Source: Polyangiales bacterium
GTDB lineage: Bacteria > Myxococcota_A > Polyangia > Polyangiales > Houyiibacteriaceae
Direction: 5' to 3'
Length of the DNA stretch: 64,000 nt
Assembly (NCBI GenBank): GCA_045106895.1
Contig: JBGCFM010000054.1
Location: 9,548-73,547 of the forward strand
The notes under the pieces are model-generated. The model was not told where the DNA came from and did not search any database. It saw only the letters and a list, made by a program, of their open reading frames with translations. The translations under genes and the position numbers were made by a program. Shown piece after piece: positions 58,947 to 64,000 of this stretch. Positions within the stretch are counted from its first letter, which is position 1. The number at the start of each line of letters is the position of its first letter.

Positions 58947-60695
58947 ATGACCGACGATACAACGGTAGAGCATCGCCCGACGGTGACCGGTGTGCTCCAA
59001 GGTGGGGAGCATCTTTGCCTGGTCTTCTACGACCGACGCGGCACGAAGATCGTCCGCGTCCACAGGGATGAGCGCATTGTCCTCGGGCGCGCGCACCCTT
59101 CGGATGTCGTCATCGAAGACCCCTCGCTTTCGCGTCAGCACGCCTCCTTCGTGTGGAACGAGGAAGGTGTTTTCGTGGAGGACCTTGAATCCACGAACGG
59201 GGTTCATGTCGCGGGGGAGCGAGTGACGCGCGTTCGACTCGACGCAGGCGTCGCCGTCACCCTCGGTGCTGTGACCGCGTCTCTGCATCGAACCGGTCCA
59301 CGTGGCGCGCAGATGGAGGGCATCGAAGCCCACGATCGTTTTCTGCAACGCGCTGAAGAGGAAGTGCAGCGCGCGCGCCGTTTTGGCCGAGGTGTCGCCA
59401 TCGTCTTCGTGCGAGCTCTTGAACGCGAAGCGCACGTGGACACGTTCGTTCCACACCTCGTCGGAGAGCTTCGGGACATCGACCGACTGAGCGTCTACTC
59501 CTCGAACTCCGTGCTCTTGTTGTTTCCCGAGCTCGCTGCAGCGGATGCGCTCTCGCTCGCGCGTCGTTTGGTCCGAGCTCGGGCAGGGTCAGCGACATTG
59601 CGTGCCGGCCTCGCTGTGTTTCCTGCGGACGGCTCAAACGCCGAAGCCTTGCTCGTCAGCGCACGAAACGCGGCGCGCCGAACGAGCGCGGAGGAGCCGG
59701 TGCACTACAAGGCCGAGGCCGCCATCGACGAGGCGCCCTTGGTGCTCGCGGACTCTATGGTGAAGGTGTATTCCACCCTCGACCGCGTGGCTCCATCTCA
59801 CCTGAGCGTTCTCATCGTGGGCGAGACAGGTTCTGGTAAGGAGCTTGTTGCCCGCGCCGTGCATGAAAAAGGCGGACCGCGAGCGTCCGGGCCCTTGTGC
59901 AGCGTGAACTGTGGGGCGTTGACGGACACGCTGCTTCAGAGTGCGCTCTTTGGACACGTGCGCGGTGCCTTTACCGGTGCGGACACAGACCACGAAGGCC
60001 TCTTCGAGAAGGCCTCCGGAGGAACGCTCTTCCTCGACGAGATCGGTGAGCTCAGTGCACCCGCGCAGGCCGCTCTTCTGCGCGTCCTCGAGACCGGCAA
60101 AGTCGTTCGTGTCGGGAGTACCGATGAGATCAGCGTGGACGTTCGCATCGTCGCCGCGACCCACCGCGACCTTCATGAACGGGCGGCGGAAGGCACGTTC
60201 CGCCAAGACCTGCTCTTTCGCCTCGACGGGATCACAATCCAGGTGCCGCCCTTGCGCGAGCGCCGCGAAGAGATTGTGCCCCTCGCGGAGCGTTTCCTCG
60301 CACAGGCGTCCCTGGACCGTGGCACCACGATGGAACTCAGCGAGGGCGCCTGCGCGCGTCTGCGGGCCCACACGTGGCCCGGTAATGTGCGCGAGCTGCG
60401 AAACGCTGTAGAGCGCGCGGCGATCATCAGTGAGGGCGAACGCATCGAAGAGGCGGACCTGCCTCATACGCTTCGTGATGATGCGGCCGCGCCACAGGCT
60501 TCGATGGCGTCCATCGACGAGGGGCGCACGTTCAAAGAGCAGATCAGGGAGTATGAGACGGGCCTGATTCTCAAGGCTCTGGAGGCGTCCGGCGGCAACC
60601 AGACGGAAGCCGCGAAGCGACTTGGGATGCCGCTGCGCACGCTGGTGCACAAGATTCGTAGCTACGGCATCAAGAAGCGCTTCGGCACGGAGTAG
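58947..60695 (+). CDS. Sigma54-dependent enhancer-binding protein (FHA, degenerate GGDEF-like, AAA+, Fis-type HTH)
   Basis: FHA GR...SRQHA...STNG; GETGSGKE, GAFTGA, LFLDEIGEL, WPGNVRELRN, NQTEAAKRLG. Confidence 0.93.
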   Translation: MTDDTTVEHRPTVTGVLQGGEHLCLVFYDRRGTKIVRVHRDERIVLGRAHPSDVVIEDPSLSRQHASFVWNEEGVFVEDLESTNGVHVAGERVTRVRLDAGVAVTLGAVTASLHRTGPRGAQMEGIEAHDRFLQRAEEEVQRARRFGRGVAIVFVRALEREAHVDTFVPHLVGELRDIDRLSVYSSNSVLLLFPELAAADALSLARRLVRARAGSATLRAGLAVFPADGSNAEALLVSARNAARRTSAEEPVHYKAEAAIDEAPLVLADSMVKVYSTLDRVAPSHLSVLIVGETGSGKELVARAVHEKGGPRASGPLCSVNCGALTDTLLQSALFGHVRGAFTGADTDHEGLFEKASGGTLFLDEIGELSAPAQAALLRVLETGKVVRVGSTDEISVDVRIVAATHRDLHERAAEGTFRQDLLFRLDGITIQVPPLRERREEIVPLAERFLAQASLDRGTTMELSEGACARLRAHTWPGNVRELRNAVERAAIISEGERIEEADLPHTLRDDAAAPQASMASIDEGRTFKEQIREYETGLILKALEASGGNQTEAAKRLGMPLRTLVHKIRSYGIKKRFGTE

Positions 60696-60703
60696 GTCGA
60701 AAC

Positions 60704-60747
60704 AAAAAAGTGCGCCGCCGCCGACCCGAATTGGTCAGCAGCGGCGC
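60704..60747 (-). terminator. Intrinsic terminator for the 60810-61235 gene
   Basis: Minus-strand 15-bp stem GCGCCGCTGCTGACC/GGTCGGCGGCGGCGC (two G-U pairs) followed by ACTTTTTT. Confidence 0.8.
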
Positions 60748-60809
60748 GACGAGGCGCTGGACCGGCTCGGTCCTTCCGGCCTCAGCGCTTCGAAAGAGCG
60801 CTCCCAGAA

Positions 60810-61235
60810 CTAGAACGGGAGGTGCTTGGTCAGCTCGCGTACCTTGTCCGAACCGGCGGCGAAGAACGCAGCGGCGGGCGGGGCGAGGTAGCAGAAGAGG
60901 ATGTCGAACATGGTGGTGTGGTAGGCGATCCAGCTGGTGCCTTCTGGGGCGCCAACGATGACCTTCGCCAAAAGCACAGCGACGATGGACGCGAAGGCGG
61001 CGATGGCGCCGACGGTCATCGAGCGGGCGCCACCGAGCTTCATGGCGCCGAGACCGGCGGCTCCGCCGATGAGGAACGCGATGTAACTGTATTCGCCGAT
61101 GACACGTCCGACGACGCCGTACACGACGCCGATGGCGAGGGCCCCGGCAAATGCGCCCGCGATGGCTTTGGGCATGTTGGCCTGGCCTTCGCCAGCGTCC
61201 GTTGCAGAGAGGTGACCGAGTGAAACTTTGCTCAT
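60810..61235 (-). CDS. Small multi-TM membrane protein
   Basis: AGGAG RBS before ATG 61235; four Gly/Ala-rich hydrophobic helices. Confidence 0.78.
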   Translation of the reverse strand: MSKVSLGHLSATDAGEGQANMPKAIAGAFAGALAIGVVYGVVGRVIGEYSYIAFLIGGAAGLGAMKLGGARSMTVGAIAAFASIVAVLLAKVIVGAPEGTSWIAYHTTMFDILFCYLAPPAAAFFAAGSDKVRELTKHLPF

Positions 61236-61270
61236 TGAAAAACTCCTGTTGAGGTGATGCAGGAGAACAA

Positions 61271-61394
61271 CGCAAGGCTCGGGCCAGCTTCGAATCGATG
61301 AAGGTGCCGGCGCGTAAGTGTTTGAAATGGTTGCGTATATTAGCGTGTCTTGGTTTTCGGAATCGCACGGGTGCGAGCGAGCAAAACTTGCTCG
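61271..61394 (-). promoter_or_regulatory. Putative sigma54 promoter with IHF-like site and upstream palindromes
   Basis: TGGCCCG-AGCC-TTGCG (61271-61286, minus); TTTCAA-ACAC-TTA (61315-61327, minus); IRs TCGCAC-GG-GTGCGA (61363-76) and CGAGCAA-AAC-TTGCTCG (61378-94). Confidence 0.62.
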
Positions 61395-61537
61395 ATGCGG
61401 CAAGCGGAGGTGTGCGCGTTCGTTCGAGAAGGGGCGTGCGCCATGGGCATCATCCGCATTTTATCGATACATCCGCGCTATTGAACGGATAGAGCTTGGG
61501 TATGGGTCGCCCGCGCTTGTGCAGGGCAGACTGCGTC

Positions 61538-62632
61538 ATGCGTATTTATTGGGGACTCCTCGCCGCGCTCCTCGCTTGCAGCTCATCCACCTCGCCGACG
61601 GGCGATGCTGCGGACGTCGGCATGGATGCCGCTGTGGATAGCGCGAGCTTTGATGCCGGTGTCGATAGCGGTGTCGACGCTGGGGTGGATGCGCCGGCGG
61701 AGGATGCGGGCAATGACGCGGGCCCTCCACTGAGCGCTTGCGTCATCGAGTACTTCGACAACCAAGGGGACGGTTGCTTCTGCATGGGCCCCGTCGCAAC
61801 GTTCGAGAACTACGTGTATCGGCAGTCGTTGGGGATCGAGGTGTACGACGCGCAGGACCCGTCGAGCCTCATACGTCTGCGGAATGTCGACGAGCGCCCA
61901 AGCGCAAATGGCCACCTCGCGGTTCGCGGAGATGTGCTCATCAGCAGCCTCGACTTCGAGGAGCAGCCTTTGCGTCTCTATTCGCTCGCCGATCCCGCGC
62001 TCCCTACAGAGATCCTACGATTCGGCGCCGTGTCGGTCCGAAGCTTCGCCGCGGGCGAAAGCGATGTCGTGGTCATCGAGGCGACAAGGGAACGCGCTTC
62101 TGCGCTTGTTCACTACGCGATCAACGACGAGGGCGCGACCGAGACGTGGCGTGTCCCGCTCCCGGACGTCCCGGCGTTTCCGGACGCTTCGCTCGCGCTT
62201 GTTGGCACCGATGTCTTCCTCGCCACCCTTGAAGAGCGCGACCCGGAGCGGACCCGGGTGCGGCGCTATGACGCGAGCGGCGCGGAGACGCTGAACGTGA
62301 TGCGTCGCGGCTACGGGTCGCTCTACGCCAGCGACGGGGAACTCTACGAGACAAACGGCGAAGCGCGGGTGGCTCGTCTCGACCCCGCGACGCTGGACAC
62401 GGAGATGAGCTTCGGCGAGGCGAGGTTTGGTGAGACCGTCCTCGTTCGTGGGGACATCGTCCTCCTGAGTGGCACCATCGCCCTCGAACGCCAGACCTTT
62501 CGGGAGCTGTCGCTCTCCGTCGTGGGCACAGACGGCCCGCGCGGTTTCGACGTCCTCGAAGCCGGGGAGGGCGAGGTGGTCTTCGGCTCCAATGGCAATG
62601 GCCTGATTCCGTTCTCGCTTCGCTGCGAGTAG
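61538..62632 (+). CDS. Lipoprotein with DAG linker and probable beta-propeller (LVIVD-like)
   Basis: Lipobox LLAC; IEVYDAQDPS and LRLYSLADPALP repeats. Confidence 0.68.
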   Translation: MRIYWGLLAALLACSSSTSPTGDAADVGMDAAVDSASFDAGVDSGVDAGVDAPAEDAGNDAGPPLSACVIEYFDNQGDGCFCMGPVATFENYVYRQSLGIEVYDAQDPSSLIRLRNVDERPSANGHLAVRGDVLISSLDFEEQPLRLYSLADPALPTEILRFGAVSVRSFAAGESDVVVIEATRERASALVHYAINDEGATETWRVPLPDVPAFPDASLALVGTDVFLATLEERDPERTRVRRYDASGAETLNVMRRGYGSLYASDGELYETNGEARVARLDPATLDTEMSFGEARFGETVLVRGDIVLLSGTIALERQTFRELSLSVVGTDGPRGFDVLEAGEGEVVFGSNGNGLIPFSLRCE

Positions 62633-62649
62633 CCAAGTAGCGTTCCCCT

Positions 62650-63219
62650 GTGAGCGAAGCAAAAGCAGGGTTGGAAGAGGGAGTGCTCGAAGCCTACGAG
62701 GGGTTTGCCGAGCGCGTGGCTCCGTTCTCCGTCGCAGCGTCACGTCGCGAGGATGTTCAATGCGCCCGCGGATGTTCGTCCTGCTGCGTGGTCGGTCTGA
62801 CCGTGTGCGCAGTCGAAGCGACGAGGCTGCGACGCGCCATCGATGGACTCGAAGCAGGAGTGCGCCAAAAGGTGCGTTCGCAAGCGTCGGACGACAGTCG
62901 AACGCAGTGTGTGCTCCTGGTGGATGATGCGTGCGCGGTGTACGACGCGCGACCCATGGTGTGCCGAACGCAGGGGCTTCCGCTCGCGTATGAAGCGGGG
63001 ACCATCCCCGCCGAACGTTTGAGTGCGCGCGCCTCCGACGGTCGTGACCTGACCTGGTGTCCCTTGAACTACACGGAGCAGGCGCCGAAAGCGGCGGAGA
63101 TTCTCGATGCGACGCTCATCGACAAAGGCGTCGCGACGCTGAACGGCGCCTTTGCGTCGGTGGCAGAGGTCGACCCCCTCCATCGTGTGTCGTTGAGTGA
63201 GCTGGCGGAGTTGCTATGA
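62650..63219 (+). CDS. YkgJ-family cysteine-cluster (CxxCxxCC) protein
   Basis: CARGCSSCC, CVLL...CAVYDARPMVCR, WCPLN. Confidence 0.88.
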   Translation: MSEAKAGLEEGVLEAYEGFAERVAPFSVAASRREDVQCARGCSSCCVVGLTVCAVEATRLRRAIDGLEAGVRQKVRSQASDDSRTQCVLLVDDACAVYDARPMVCRTQGLPLAYEAGTIPAERLSARASDGRDLTWCPLNYTEQAPKAAEILDATLIDKGVATLNGAFASVAEVDPLHRVSLSELAELL

Positions 63220-63716
63220 GCGCGCCTCCCATGCCCCTCGAGACCATCCCTCGCCGTTCCGCCAGCTTTCCTATCGTCGCTGCGATCGCTCTCGCCATCG
63301 GTGGTGCGTTCATGTTCCGCGACTACTACGCGCTCGCCATGGAGCACATGTCGGAAGGGCTCTACACGACGGAACAGGTGTTCGGGTTGGTCGCCGGGGT
63401 CCTCTTCTTTGTCGCGAGCGTCGTGGCGCTGCTCCGTTTTCCCGAACGGCTGGAGGTGGAACCTGAAGGCCTGACGTCTGCTTACGGCGTATTTGGAACG
63501 CTCCGGCGCGTTCGTCCCAAGGCGACGATTCAGACCCTCTCGGTCCACACCCGGCAAGTGCGTAGCAACAACCTCAACGTGATCGTCAGCGATGTGTGGA
63601 TCGACGGCTCGGCGGGAAACAAACGCCTCTGCCGTTTCCCGTCCAAGGAGAGCGCCGACGCTCTGGCCGCACGGTGTGCTGAACTGTGGGGAGCCAAGGT
63701 TGTGCCTTGGAGTTAA
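63216..63716 (+). CDS. Small two-TM membrane protein
   Basis: ATGA overlap; two hydrophobic helices followed by a beta-rich soluble domain. Confidence 0.65.
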   Translation: MSAPPMPLETIPRRSASFPIVAAIALAIGGAFMFRDYYALAMEHMSEGLYTTEQVFGLVAGVLFFVASVVALLRFPERLEVEPEGLTSAYGVFGTLRRVRPKATIQTLSVHTRQVRSNNLNVIVSDVWIDGSAGNKRLCRFPSKESADALAARCAELWGAKVVPWS

Positions 63717-63732
63717 GCGTCGATTCGCACAT

Positions 63733-63884
63733 CTAGTGCCCTGAGTCCGCATTTTGATGCATAATTCGACGGCTCTTTTCGCCCATGCCGTCGTTGCCGC
63801 TCCTCGAAATATCTCTGATATTCCTTCGTCACAGACGAAATCGCTCGCCGACTTATGCACCGCATCGCGGACTCAGGACACTAG
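63733..63884. mobile_element. ~150-bp MITE-like element with IS630-like ends (copy B)
   Basis: 39-bp imperfect terminal IRs (outer 17/18, inner 12/14), each ending in CTAG; the right end reads LMHRIADSGH* in one frame. Confidence 0.72.
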
Positions 63885-63923
63885 GAGAGCTGGATTCGAG
63901 GTCGCTTTCCCTTGCTCGGGCGG

Positions 63924-64000
63924 CTACTCGGCGCCGGCGGCGCACGGATTTGGGAGCGGAACCGAGGGACCGAGGCCGACCCAGGTGCCGGGCACCGCTT
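63924..64000 (-). CDS. Probable 3' end of a CDS entering from the right edge
   Basis: ...AVPGTWVGLGPSVPLPNPCAAGAE* is open to the window edge; too short to identify. Confidence 0.4.
   Translation of the reverse strand, partial: AVPGTWVGLGPSVPLPNPCAAGAE

Overview
This is a high-GC, gene-dense chromosomal segment from a myxobacterium, inferred to be Myxococcota and Polyangiales/Sandaracinaceae-like. The inference rests on a MYXO-CTERM protease, Ser/Thr kinases, an FHA-sigma54 activator and many Asp-Ala-Gly-linker and Cys-rich lipoproteins. About 53 CDS mix housekeeping genes (obgE, queG, monomeric icd, serA, metG, rhlE-like, TDO) with secreted, envelope and signalling proteins. I saw no rRNA, tRNA, CRISPR, prophage or transposase gene. 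The most notable unexplained signals are: (1) two 150-160 bp intergenic palindromic elements (53.6 kb and 63.7 kb) that share a core with a covarying hairpin but have unrelated terminal inverted repeats, one resembling an IS630-type end; (2) a coupled pair of paralogous membrane histidine kinases, one lacking its phospho-His, converging on a large transmembrane receiver protein with degenerate Hpt and REC modules; (3) a kinase / FHA-activator / sigma54-promoter module with IHF-like and enhancer-like sites; (4) a TANNNT box 6-8 nt before at least 12 start codons, suggesting widespread leaderless mRNAs; (5) unusual envelope proteins, including a double papain-like NlpC/P60 lipoprotein, MepA with a Met/Arg/Ser repeat tail and a pseudo-protease-barrel fusion. 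All family calls come from motif recognition by eye; no database searches were run.
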